Source: an uncultured Bacteriovoracaceae bacterium
GTDB lineage: Bacteria > Bdellovibrionota > Bacteriovoracia > Bacteriovoracales > Bacteriovoracaceae
Reading direction: 5' to 3'
DNA length: 29,927 nt
NCBI GenBank assembly: GCA_964012805.1
Contig: CAXGUD010000043.1
Coordinates: 1-29,927 of the forward strand
This document shows positions 9,817-18,806 of the stretch, piece by piece. The stretch's first letter is position 1, and each line of letters opens with the position of its first letter. Below the pieces are notes generated by a model, which saw only the letters and a list, made by a program, of their open reading frames with translations, did not search any database and was not told where the DNA came from. The translations under genes and the position numbers were made by a program.

Positions 9817-10347
9817 TTATTCTATTACGAAATTTGCCCTTCTATTTTTGCTCCATGATGCTTCATTATGGCCTGTAGCAAGCTCTCTTTCTTTACCATA
9901 AGATATTACGCTTAAGTTACTTGCATTAACACCTAAGGCAACAAGATAATTTTTAACAGACTTTGCTCTTCTTTCTCCGAGAGCTATATTGTACTGTATG
10001 CTTCCTCTTTCGTCGCAATGTCCTTCAATTTGAACCTTAACTTGTCCGTTGTTAGCAACTTTTAGAAAGTTAGCATTATCATCGAGAATATCTTTTGCTT
10101 TTTGATCTAGAGCAGATGAATCAAAAGCAAAGTTAACAGTTCTTAAACAGCCATTATCGCCATCACAAGCTTTTCCTCCATCTGAATCGAAGCCTGCTTG
10201 AAGGCCTGATTGATTTTCAGATGCTTCTTCAGTCGAAGCTGTAGTTTCAGATTTAGTTTCTTTGTTTACTTGTCCAGTTTCACAACCAAAAAGGGCTAGA
10301 CACATAACAAGCAAGAGGGGGAGAGAGAATGGATTTAGCTTTTTCAT
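9817..10347 (-). CDS. pal: Peptidoglycan-associated lipoprotein Pal (OmpA domain)
   Basis: Lipobox LFGC, VNFAFDS, IEGHCDERGSIQYNIALGERRA and NRRA motifs. The ATG at 10347 has an AAGGAG RBS. Confidence 0.92.
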   Translation of the reverse strand: MKKLNPFSLPLLLVMCLALFGCETGQVNKETKSETTASTEEASENQSGLQAGFDSDGGKACDGDNGCLRTVNFAFDSSALDQKAKDILDDNANFLKVANNGQVKVQIEGHCDERGSIQYNIALGERRAKSVKNYLVALGVNASNLSVISYGKERELATGHNEASWSKNRRANFVIE

Positions 10348-10511
10348 CAAGGGCTCCTTTTGCATATGAGAGTTGAAAAATTATTCGTAACTCATTCATT
10401 TTATTCCATATTATCGTCTCAAAAAAGATTTTATGAAAGAAAAAATTATATTTACCTAGGATAAGAATGTCCGTCAAAAGTTTAGAAAATTATTTTTGTC
10501 AGAAGTTTATT

Positions 10512-12212
10512 TTAGGATTGCCCCAAATGGAGTGAAAAAGTTGACCCCATTCCTGGACTACTTTCGACTTTTACTTGACCTCCGTGAGCGAGTGCTATGT
10601 GTTTTACGATGGCAAGGCCAATTCCTGACCCTCCTAGTTCCTTACTGCGGGCTTTATCTACGGAATAAAATCTTTCGAAAAGTCTTTCGTGATGTTTTTC
10701 ATCAATTCCTGGGCCAAGGTCTTTTACTGAGAAAATGACTTTTTCGTCTTCTTTAAAAGCTGAGACTTTTACTTGGGAATGTTCCGGGCCGTATTTAATA
10801 GCATTATCGATAAGATTTGATAGCGCTCTTACCATGAGAAGAGAATTAAACTTTCCTTCTAGTGAATCTGGACAATCAACGTGAAGACTAATACTTTTTT
10901 TCTTAGCTTTAGGCTCGCAACTTAGAAGGGCCAACTCAATCATATTTTTGACAGCTTGGTCATTCATCTCAATTCGATGACCCTCACCTTCAGCTTCTTT
11001 TTCTATTCTTGAAAGGTCGAGAAGATCCTCAATAATAGCGTAAAGACGATTGGCTTGCTTTTGAATAATAGAAATGAAGCGGTTCTGTGTTTCAATATCG
11101 TCCACTTTGCCTTCAGTTAGAGTTTCTACAAAACCTAAAATTGCGGTTAAGGGTGTTCTAAGTTCATGGGAAACATTGCCTACAAAATCCTTTCTGTGTC
11201 TTTCTAGTTTCCTCAGACGGGTGACATCATTGAGAACTAAAAGGGCACCAATCTTTTCGTCCATGGACTTTAGTGGAGCTCCTTGAAGTCTAATGATCGT
11301 TTGTCCTTCAAGATCTATTTCTGTATCAATAGGTTCATCTTTTTTTAAAAGCTGGGCCGTAATTTTCTGAATAGGTTCATTTTGAATGATAAGTTCAAGG
11401 GGGTGGCCTTTATATTTAAAATCACTTTTAAGGTTAAAAAGCTTTCTGGTCGCATTATTTAAATCGATGATACGTCCGCTTAGGTCGACTGTGAGGACGC
11501 CCTCTATCATACTTGAAAAAACAGCTTCCTTTTCATTTTTGTTTTTTATAATAGTTTGAATCCGACCCTCTAATTGGTCTTTCATTTTATTAAGGGTGTG
11601 TCCTAATTGTTTAATTTCTTTATATTGCCTTTTTTTAATTAAAATCTTTGAAGAAAAATCGCCTTCAGCAATTTTTAAGGCGTAATTTCTCATGGATTTC
11701 AAGGGACGGATAATCTTTTTAGTTAGGGTATAGTTTAAAATAAAAAAGGAGGCCAATAATGTTGAAGTCATTATACCCATCAAAAGAAAGATATATTTAA
11801 GTTCCTGATAGTAGCGGGAAAGAGGCTTTGAAGCTTTTAAATAACCCAAGTTATTTTGGGCCACTTTAAGAGGTAAGACCAAGTTAATAAAATCTTTCTC
11901 TTTATCCATATGAGGAAGGCTTGCTGAAAAAACAGGGTCCTTCTGAGGATCAAGGAGAGTAAGGTTAAGGTCCAGTTTTAGAGAATCGGAAATCATTTTT
12001 TCTTTTAACATTGCTAAAGCGTTGTCAGCTAGATCTCTAGAATAGTCCTGTTGAAGGATTGCAGATTTATTTAAGAGGATCTCTTTTTGTTTCTTATGTG
12101 TGTATGACTTAAGACTAAACCCAAAAAAGAAAAGAAGAATGAGCATTAGGCCGACAAGAGGACCCCAGAAGTAGGGAAAATAAAGGCTTTTTATAATTTT
12201 GCTCTTTTCCAT
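10512..12212 (-). CDS. phoR: PhoR-like sensor histidine kinase (2 TM, HAMP, PAS, HisKA, HATPase)
   Basis: FVGNVSHELRTPLT H-box, NLIDNAIKY, FERFYSVDKARSKELGGSGIGLAIVKH. Confidence 0.85.
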   Translation of the reverse strand: MEKSKIIKSLYFPYFWGPLVGLMLILLFFFGFSLKSYTHKKQKEILLNKSAILQQDYSRDLADNALAMLKEKMISDSLKLDLNLTLLDPQKDPVFSASLPHMDKEKDFINLVLPLKVAQNNLGYLKASKPLSRYYQELKYIFLLMGIMTSTLLASFFILNYTLTKKIIRPLKSMRNYALKIAEGDFSSKILIKKRQYKEIKQLGHTLNKMKDQLEGRIQTIIKNKNEKEAVFSSMIEGVLTVDLSGRIIDLNNATRKLFNLKSDFKYKGHPLELIIQNEPIQKITAQLLKKDEPIDTEIDLEGQTIIRLQGAPLKSMDEKIGALLVLNDVTRLRKLERHRKDFVGNVSHELRTPLTAILGFVETLTEGKVDDIETQNRFISIIQKQANRLYAIIEDLLDLSRIEKEAEGEGHRIEMNDQAVKNMIELALLSCEPKAKKKSISLHVDCPDSLEGKFNSLLMVRALSNLIDNAIKYGPEHSQVKVSAFKEDEKVIFSVKDLGPGIDEKHHERLFERFYSVDKARSKELGGSGIGLAIVKHIALAHGGQVKVESSPGMGSTFSLHLGQS

Positions 12213-12218
12213 ATATTT

Positions 12219-12920
12219 TTAAAGAGGGGCAACGTTTTCTTGAAATCTATACCCTACACCACGAACAGTTTCTATGAGGTGACCTTGGTCTCCCATTTTT
12301 TTTCTAAGATTAACAATCTGAACGTCAACGGACCTGTCAGTTATGGCGTGATTTTCTCCCCTAATAGAATCAACTATCTGACCTCTTGTAAAAACCCATC
12401 CGGACTTCTGTGCAAGAAGGTGGAGGATTTGGAACTCTGTATAGGTCAACTTTAGCTCAGTGTCCCTTATGAAAGTTTTTCTTTTTGAAAGGTCAATTCT
12501 AATGTCATTAAGCGTGAAGACATTTTTTTGGCTTTTAACAGTGTTTTTAGAACGCCTTAAAACAGCTTTTATTCTCGCTAGCAGAACTTTTGGACTAAAA
12601 GGTTTGGTAATATAATCATCCGCTCCAACTTCGAGTCCTTTGATGACATCTTCTTCTTCACCCTTGGCCGTAAGCATAATGATTGGAATTTTTTTGGTTT
12701 GTGGGTCATTTTTCAAACGTTCACAAACCTCAAAACCATCCATCTTTGGAAGCATAACATCAAGCACGATAAGTTCAGGCAATTCTTTGGTGGCGACATC
12801 GACCGCGGTTTGTCCATCAGAGGCCAGAAGAACCTGATACCGTTCTTTGAAAAGGTTAAAGTGAACCATTTCGCGGATATCCTCTTCATCTTCGACTAGG
12901 AGAACTTTAATTGTTTCCAT
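12219..12920 (-). CDS. phoB: PhoB/OmpR-family response regulator
   Basis: REC domain (VEDE, LDVMLP, GADDYITKPF) and winged helix (RSVDVQI, IETVRGVGY). GGAGGG RBS. Directly upstream of phoR. Confidence 0.85.
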   Translation of the reverse strand: METIKVLLVEDEEDIREMVHFNLFKERYQVLLASDGQTAVDVATKELPELIVLDVMLPKMDGFEVCERLKNDPQTKKIPIIMLTAKGEEEDVIKGLEVGADDYITKPFSPKVLLARIKAVLRRSKNTVKSQKNVFTLNDIRIDLSKRKTFIRDTELKLTYTEFQILHLLAQKSGWVFTRGQIVDSIRGENHAITDRSVDVQIVNLRKKMGDQGHLIETVRGVGYRFQENVAPL

Positions 12921-13150
12921 ATGCCTACCCTCCAGACTTAGACCCGTTGTGTTTATTAAACTTTGGGCTTGGACTTTTCAGAAGTGAATTCTATGAAAGT
13001 TGTTCTACCACTTAGATTTTGACCTTGAAAAGTTTTTTTTTGTGAGGAGTTTCTTAAAAAAAGATTCACAAAATTCCATTTTTTGAGTTTGTCCTCTCGC
13101 GTAACTCATGGTACGTTCCCTTTCTTGCCCTAGTGGTATCTATTCTCTAT

Positions 13151-13523
13151 GGGGGTGCCCTGGCTTCGACAGGGGACTGCGAGGTTTAATTTGCGTGTCT
13201 GGGTTGATCTCCCGGCCCAGTAAAAAGGAGATCAAACTATATTTGCTGAATCAAATGATTTTGCACCAGCGATGGCCGCTTAATTAGCGAATCCATTACT
13301 TGAGGGGCATGTCCCGATAAACAGAAACATGCAAGCAGGTTAAGGCGGCCTGTAAACTTGTCTTTCAGGAGTCGTCGGGTCTACCTGGTTAAAAAATCGC
13401 CGAGGTTTGCTGGGGATACAAAACCAGACAGCCTTGTTCCATGGCAATAATCTGGAACTACACACGTAGTAGGTTATTCTGAGAGTTCTTTGGACGTGGG
13501 TTCGATTCCCACCACCTCCACCA
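13151..13523 (+). ncRNA. ssrA: tmRNA, tag peptide (A)AESNDFAPAMAA
   Basis: 5' GGGGGTG pairs with 3' CACCTCC-A-CCA and includes a G3:U pair. 5' TTCGAC and T-loop GGTTCGATTCC are present. Tag ORF at 13245-13283 ends in AA-TAA. Confidence 0.97.
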
Positions 13524-13701
13524 TCAAAAAGTATACCTTTATCTAGAGTAGTTTTACATAAGAGATTTTGAACTTGGTGAAGCCTCAACTAAGCTAAAGA
13601 TTGGAATTAAGAAGTTTGCAGAATGTTTAGGAGTTCATGATAAGTTTCATTACATTTTAACAACAACTACGATTTATAAATTAAACCAAAGGTTAGGTAT
13701 T

Positions 13702-13776
13702 TGTAGCGACCTGTAGTTATTTCGAAATATAAATTAATAAAAACATTAGTTTATATGACTTTGACTACCACCACAC
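13702..13776 (+). repeat. Degenerate att-like junction 1
   Basis: TGTAGCGACC-TGTAGTTATT tandem, then GAAATAT, AATAAAAACATT and ACCACC. Same order as 15812-15886. Confidence 0.55.
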
Positions 13777-13846
13777 AGCGCATCATGTCTTAAGCATTGA
13801 ATCATGCTAGTTTTTCTAAACTTTTCAATTCAATTTAAGGCAATCA

Positions 13847-15805
13847 ATGAACAATCAAAACATTAATAAGAACGTCTTTTTTAGTTCTGTTATTTTTATT
13901 TTATTACTAACTGCGGTCGCCTCAATTTGGCCTACTGAGCTTGGCGAGTTTTTTAAAGAAGCACAAACAGTCATTGTTGCAAAGACAGGTTGGCTCTATG
14001 TCTTAACCGTTGGGACAATTATGTTTGTCTGTTTGTGGCTTATTACAAGTAGACTTGGCGATATCAAACTAGGCCCTGATCATGTTGACCCAGAGTACAG
14101 CAGTCTTTCATGGTTTACCATGTTGTTCTCTGCCGGCATGGGAATAGGACTCATGTTTTATGGAGTTGCTGAGCCATTAATGCATTTCTCATCGCCACCA
14201 ATAGGTGAGCCGGGAACAATAGAAAGTGCTAAACAGGCAATGAAGATCACTTTTTTCCATTGGGGCCTCCATGCTTGGGCCGTGTACGCTTTTTTGGCAG
14301 TTATTCTCGCATACTTTTGTTATCGAAAAAATCTTCCTTTACTTCCTCGTTCAACTTTTCATCCTTTCATTGGCGATAAAATTCATGGTCGAATTGGCGA
14401 TGCCATTGATACTTTTGCTGTTATCGGAACTATGTTTGGAGTTGCCACTTCACTTGGTCTCGGTGTGACTCAAGTGAATGCAGGGTTAAGTTATTTATTT
14501 GGTATAGAGCAAAGTGGAACGAACCAGGTTTTGTTGATTGCGGGTATTACTGCGATGGCAACTATATCTGTTGTCCTTGGACTTGATGGGGGGATTAAGA
14601 AATTATCAAATATCAATGTCATTTTGGCCACGGTCCTGATGGCTGCCATCCTCTTAATGGGAAGCACAGTTGATTTGCTTCAGGCTTATGTCCAAAACAC
14701 TGGTGCTTACCTCTCAGATCTTGTTTATAAAACCTTTAATCTTTATGCTTATGAGAAAAAGGAATCTTGGATTGGTGGTTGGACGCTTCTTTATTGGGCG
14801 TGGTGGATTTCATGGTCACCATTTGTAGGAATGTTTATTGCTCGAATCTCTAAAGGAAGAACGATCCGTCAGTTTATGATTGGCGTTCTTTTTATTCCTG
14901 CTGGTTTTACTTTCTTGTGGATGACAGTAATGGGTAACTCTGCTTTAGATATGGTTCTTGCTGGAGGAGCACCTGAGCTTGCTGAGGCTGTAAATAGTAA
15001 TGTTGCAATTGCCTTGTTTAAGTTTTTTGAATACTTGCCATTTTCAACTGTCTTATCAGTGGTAGGTGTCATGTTGATTGTGACATTTTTTGTAAGTTCA
15101 TCCGATAGTGGATCTCTTGTGATTGATACTCTCGCTTCTGGTGGGGCTCATGAACCTCCTGTGTGGCAAAGAGTTTTTTGGGCGGTGACAGAAGGTGTGG
15201 TGGCTGCAACTTTATTGTTTGCGGGAGGGTTAGATGCTCTTCAAACCATGACAATACTTTCAGCTTTTCCTTTGATGATTGTATTTTTAGTTGGTGGATA
15301 TGGATTTATTAAAACGTTAAAGGCCGATTATGATCTAATGCATGTAGTGCAAAATCATAATACAGTTGTTCAGTACTCTCAGGCATCAACAGACTGGAAG
15401 GAAAGACTAGATGCCTTGATCACTCACCCTGCAAAAGATGAGGCCAAAAAGTTTTTGAAAGATACCGCTCAACCGGCATTTAATGACCTTAGAGATGAAT
15501 TAGCAGACAAAGATTTAGAAGTAGAGCTTAAAAGAAAAGGTGATGAATCGATTTCTCTCGTGATAAAGAACGTCGATGTTGAAGACTTTGTTTATAATAT
15601 TCGACTTCGTACTTTTGAAACACCTGACTACGCCCCAGAAGATCGTAATTCCTATGTACGCGCAGAAGTATTTTTACAAAGTGGTGGTCAAGATTACGAT
15701 GTTTATGGTTACAACCAAGAACAGATTGTTGCGGATTTTATTACTCAATATGAAAGACATTTTTACTTTCTTCATGTGAAAAACTCTGAAATTCACCAAA
15801 GTTAA
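13847..15805 (+). CDS. betT: BCCT-family transporter with BetT-type long C-terminal domain (probably glycine betaine)
   Basis: FSAGMGIGLMFYG, FHWGLHAW and WAWWISWSPFVGMFIARIS motifs, plus C-terminal RAEVFL...YDVYGY. Confidence 0.9.
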   Translation: MNNQNINKNVFFSSVIFILLLTAVASIWPTELGEFFKEAQTVIVAKTGWLYVLTVGTIMFVCLWLITSRLGDIKLGPDHVDPEYSSLSWFTMLFSAGMGIGLMFYGVAEPLMHFSSPPIGEPGTIESAKQAMKITFFHWGLHAWAVYAFLAVILAYFCYRKNLPLLPRSTFHPFIGDKIHGRIGDAIDTFAVIGTMFGVATSLGLGVTQVNAGLSYLFGIEQSGTNQVLLIAGITAMATISVVLGLDGGIKKLSNINVILATVLMAAILLMGSTVDLLQAYVQNTGAYLSDLVYKTFNLYAYEKKESWIGGWTLLYWAWWISWSPFVGMFIARISKGRTIRQFMIGVLFIPAGFTFLWMTVMGNSALDMVLAGGAPELAEAVNSNVAIALFKFFEYLPFSTVLSVVGVMLIVTFFVSSSDSGSLVIDTLASGGAHEPPVWQRVFWAVTEGVVAATLLFAGGLDALQTMTILSAFPLMIVFLVGGYGFIKTLKADYDLMHVVQNHNTVVQYSQASTDWKERLDALITHPAKDEAKKFLKDTAQPAFNDLRDELADKDLEVELKRKGDESISLVIKNVDVEDFVYNIRLRTFETPDYAPEDRNSYVRAEVFLQSGGQDYDVYGYNQEQIVADFITQYERHFYFLHVKNSEIHQS

Positions 15806-15811
15806 GTTTAA

Positions 15812-15886
15812 TGTAGTCATTTGTAGTGATTTGAAATATTGCTTCAATAAAAACATTTACTTGTGAGGGTTACACCACCTCCACCA
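15812..15886 (+). repeat. att-like junction 2: tandem 10-bp repeats plus 14-bp ssrA core
   Basis: TGTAGTCATT-TGTAGTGATT (15812-15831), AATAAAAACATT, then CACCACCTCCACCA. Confidence 0.75.
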
Positions 15887-15898
15887 AGATTTTAAAAT

Positions 15899-16603
15899 CT
15901 ATTGCTTATTATAGATTACCGGCATTTGGTTTTTCCATTCGCTAAAAACGCCCTGGTCTGTCAACAAAGAGGCCATAAAGTGAGCTACATTGATTCGAGA
16001 CGTTTTTCCAGCATCAAATATTGCACTTCGAGTTGGAGACTGGTGTAGCTCATACTCTGAGACTTTATCTTTATCAATAAGACCATCAGGTCTTACGACA
16101 ACCCACTCGACATTGGAGCCATTTGGGTATGTGAGACGTAAAACATCGCTGGCCTTCTCATTATCTAGGTGTGGAGGAACTAAAAGTCGAATAAGCCCTA
16201 TAACTATTTTTTGTGCTGGGGAGATAGGTTCGTTTAAGTCACGATTTCTGTTACCTGTTGTATTCATCAATACAAAGCGTATCGGAGACTTAGCTGTTGA
16301 ACAGAGTCGCTTTACGGCCTCAGTCACCAGTAGACGAGGTTTTCCATAGATTCCTTTGAAAGTCATGTTATGTCCAAGGCATGAACCGACACCCTGGCAT
16401 CCTTGAATAAGCTCACTAAGTTTTTCATCACCAAAGTCAAGTAAAGCTCCTTCAATGACTTCACAGTTTTGATGTGTTCGAAGGTTTTCAGGTAGTTTAT
16501 CTTTACTTCTTGCAATAGCGCGTACCTCATGACCTTTTTCAAGAAGTTGTGAAACTAAAAGCTTTCCAGTGGCTCCGGTTGCACCGATAACAAGAAATTT
16601 CAT
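15899..16603 (-). CDS. NAD(P)H-binding oxidoreductase (flavin reductase/BVR-B-like atypical SDR)
   Basis: GATGATG Rossmann motif, WVVVRP and SRINVAHFM. GGAGG RBS. Confidence 0.88.
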   Translation of the reverse strand: MKFLVIGATGATGKLLVSQLLEKGHEVRAIARSKDKLPENLRTHQNCEVIEGALLDFGDEKLSELIQGCQGVGSCLGHNMTFKGIYGKPRLLVTEAVKRLCSTAKSPIRFVLMNTTGNRNRDLNEPISPAQKIVIGLIRLLVPPHLDNEKASDVLRLTYPNGSNVEWVVVRPDGLIDKDKVSEYELHQSPTRSAIFDAGKTSRINVAHFMASLLTDQGVFSEWKNQMPVIYNKQ

Positions 16604-16617
16604 TTTTCCTCCAAATG

Positions 16618-16631
16618 ACTACTATGGTAGT
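16618..16631. promoter_or_regulatory. Palindromic operator-like site ACTAC-N4-GTAGT
   Basis: Dyad just upstream of the RBS of the NAD(P)H oxidoreductase, in a divergent intergenic region. Confidence 0.4.
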
Positions 16632-16738
16632 TTATTGTAATCTTTTAAAGAGATTAGGTCAGAAAAATTTATGATTTAGGTCTATTCCTGCACTTTTAAA
16701 AAGTTGCAAAATTTCCTTTTTCTTGTAGACTTTTTTAT

Positions 16739-17230
16739 ATGGATCAAGAAATTTTAAAACTTAGAAAAATCAATCAAAATGACTTTCAAACTTGGAAAGA
16801 AGGTTTTTGGAAAGATATTGATGCTGATGAGGGCCATTTTAAAAATTTAGTGAAAGAGATGAATCAACAGGAAAAAGAAGACCGAGGCTACTCTTTCTAC
16901 GCAGAATTAAAAAGTGATCCAGTGGGTTTGGTCCAAGTTTTCGACGTTTTGAGGCATCCTTCTCATTCTGGGAAAATTGAAATATCCATTTTTGAAAAGC
17001 ATCAGAAAAAAGGTTTAGGTAAGAAGGCCATTTGTTTATTAGAGAAATTTTGTTTTGAAGAATTAAAATTAAAAAAATTAGCGGCCTATATTTTTCCTGA
17101 TAATAATGCATCCATTGCTTTATTTTCTTCTTTAAAATACGAAAGGGTTTACAGTGATCCTTATGCCTTTTTTCTAAAGGGAAAGCCTGTTCGATGTGAA
17201 GTCTATATAAAATTAAACCCCTTGTCATAA
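16739..17230 (+). CDS. GNAT-family N-acetyltransferase (RimJ/RimL-like)
   Basis: HQKKGLGKKA acetyl-CoA motif and PDNNASIALF. Confidence 0.88.
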   Translation: MDQEILKLRKINQNDFQTWKEGFWKDIDADEGHFKNLVKEMNQQEKEDRGYSFYAELKSDPVGLVQVFDVLRHPSHSGKIEISIFEKHQKKGLGKKAICLLEKFCFEELKLKKLAAYIFPDNNASIALFSSLKYERVYSDPYAFFLKGKPVRCEVYIKLNPLS

Positions 17231-17297
17231 ATTGTAGTTTTTCTTATTTTCGCTATAATAAAATCAATTAGATAAGACTTATAGATCTCCTCCGTTA
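17223..17297 (+). repeat. Possible highly degenerate att-like junction 3
   Basis: 17233-17297 aligns ungapped with 15822-15886 at 39/65 positions by hand count (TGTAGT, AATAAAA.CA.TTA and C.CCTCC in register). Confidence 0.35.
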
Positions 17298-17438
17298 GTG
17301 AATGCTAAGCGTTTAATTTTTGTCAAATTTTTGAATTATTTCCAAATAGGAATTTTTCAATTAAGGTCCGTGAAGAGACCTTAATTTACTAAAATACATA
17401 AGATAAAAAAACTAAATGATTTAATTGGGGAGTATTAA

Positions 17439-17822
17439 ATGAATCTAATAAAAGTATCCATACTAAGTGTGATTATGTTTTGTGCTTTAAATATACATGC
17501 TAAGAGTTTAAGTGGTACTGTGAGTATTAAAGGAAAAGTACCTAAAGGCACATTGTATGTTTTTGCAAAAAAATTTGGAAGTGCGATGCCAATGCCATTA
17601 GCAGTTCAAAAAATAGAGTCTCCAAAATTTCCTGTAAAGTTCACTCTAGATGAATCAAAAAAAATGATGCCAAGTTTACCTTTTAAGGGTCCATTTGTCG
17701 TTATTGCGAGGATCAGCCCTTCAGGAAGTGCAATGGATAAATCAGGAGTTGAAGTAAAAACTTCTAAACCAATTAGTCTGGGTTCGAAAGATATTCAACT
17801 CTCTCTTATAGGTGATAAATAA
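17439..17822 (+). CDS. Secreted protein resembling the CcmI/CycH C-terminal Ig-like domain
   Basis: Signal peptide, then GTLYVFAK, PMPLAVQK, FPVKFTLDES..MMP and VIARISPSG. GGGGAG RBS. Confidence 0.7.
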   Translation: MNLIKVSILSVIMFCALNIHAKSLSGTVSIKGKVPKGTLYVFAKKFGSAMPMPLAVQKIESPKFPVKFTLDESKKMMPSLPFKGPFVVIARISPSGSAMDKSGVEVKTSKPISLGSKDIQLSLIGDK

Positions 17823-17985
17823 AAGCTTGGAATATTAAAATATTTAGAAGGCTTCCTTAGCACTATAAGAATCCACGTCGGTAAAAATAATATTCTTTAG
17901 AATTTATAGTGGTGCTACATTATCTAATGAGCTCTAAAAATTTATGCTCCAACGGAGAGGTACGTTCATAAAAGAAGGAGCGTTT

Positions 17986-18654
17986 ATGACAAATTCAAAA
18001 TTAAATCAAAAAAATTACAATATATGGTCAGAGTTTTACGATCAGTATCCTAACTCCACAGTAACCATAGATGAGTTGAAATTTCCCTCTATGTATTCTG
18101 AAATAAAAAATCAGAATGTTTTAGAAATTGGTTGTGGGACAGGTCGACACACTATTCGCTTAATTCAACAAGAAAATAATGTAACAGGAGTTGATCTTTC
18201 TGAAGGAATGCTAGGGAAGGCAAAAGCAAAAGTTAATGGCCCAAGGATAACTTTTGTCCATGCTGATTTCTTAAAAGATGAAATACCTAATGGTCCTTTT
18301 GATGTAGCTATAATGAGCCTTGTGCTTGAGCATATTGATGATTTAGACTTATTTTTTAATAAGGTTAGAAGTTTATTAAAAAGTGAATCTAAATTTTATT
18401 TTTCTGAAATTCATCCCTCTCGCAGTCAAAAAGGGGCGCTGGCCCATTTTAAAACAGAGAGTGGAGAAAAAATTAATCTGGCCAGCCAATCTCACGCTGA
18501 TGAAGCAATCATCAAATCTGCATTGAGAAACGATTTTAAAGTTATTGAAAAAAGAAATATTTTGGGTACTAAAGAATTAGTAAATTTAAATGAGAAGTGG
18601 TCAAAGTATTTGGGTATGCCGATGATCCAGATTTGGTCTTTGAAAGTAGGGTGA
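17986..18654 (+). CDS. Class I SAM-dependent methyltransferase
   Basis: VLEIGCGTG, GVDLSEGML and SLVLEHI motifs. The ATG at 17986 has an AAGGAG RBS. Confidence 0.9.
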   Translation: MTNSKLNQKNYNIWSEFYDQYPNSTVTIDELKFPSMYSEIKNQNVLEIGCGTGRHTIRLIQQENNVTGVDLSEGMLGKAKAKVNGPRITFVHADFLKDEIPNGPFDVAIMSLVLEHIDDLDLFFNKVRSLLKSESKFYFSEIHPSRSQKGALAHFKTESGEKINLASQSHADEAIIKSALRNDFKVIEKRNILGTKELVNLNEKWSKYLGMPMIQIWSLKVG

Positions 18655-18806
18655 TGGATGATCTTTTAGTTCTTTTGAAAAATGACTTAACAATCTTAAT
18701 GGTCCATGAAAACGCAACTGGTAGAATTTATTTTAAAAAGATATTTTTAAGAAAAGATAACTTAAATTAAATCATGCTATTTTTTAAAATTAAGATAAAT
18801 TACTGT

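Larger units (their letters stand above)
13510..15886. mobile_element. Integrase-less genomic islet at the ssrA 3' end carrying a BCCT transporter
   Basis: Exact 14-bp direct repeat CACCACCTCCACCA at 13510-13523 (ssrA end) and 15873-15886. Confidence 0.8.

Noticed and set aside
12921..13150. Possible Pho boxes upstream of phoB
   Set aside because: No convincing direct repeat with 11-bp period was found.
13340..13588. 82-aa minus-strand ORF
   Set aside because: It is antisense to the tmRNA gene, so it is a shadow ORF.
18654..18737. 27-codon ORF coupled to the methyltransferase stop (MDDLLVLLKND...)
   Set aside because: Too short and featureless. It could be a remnant but this cannot be supported.
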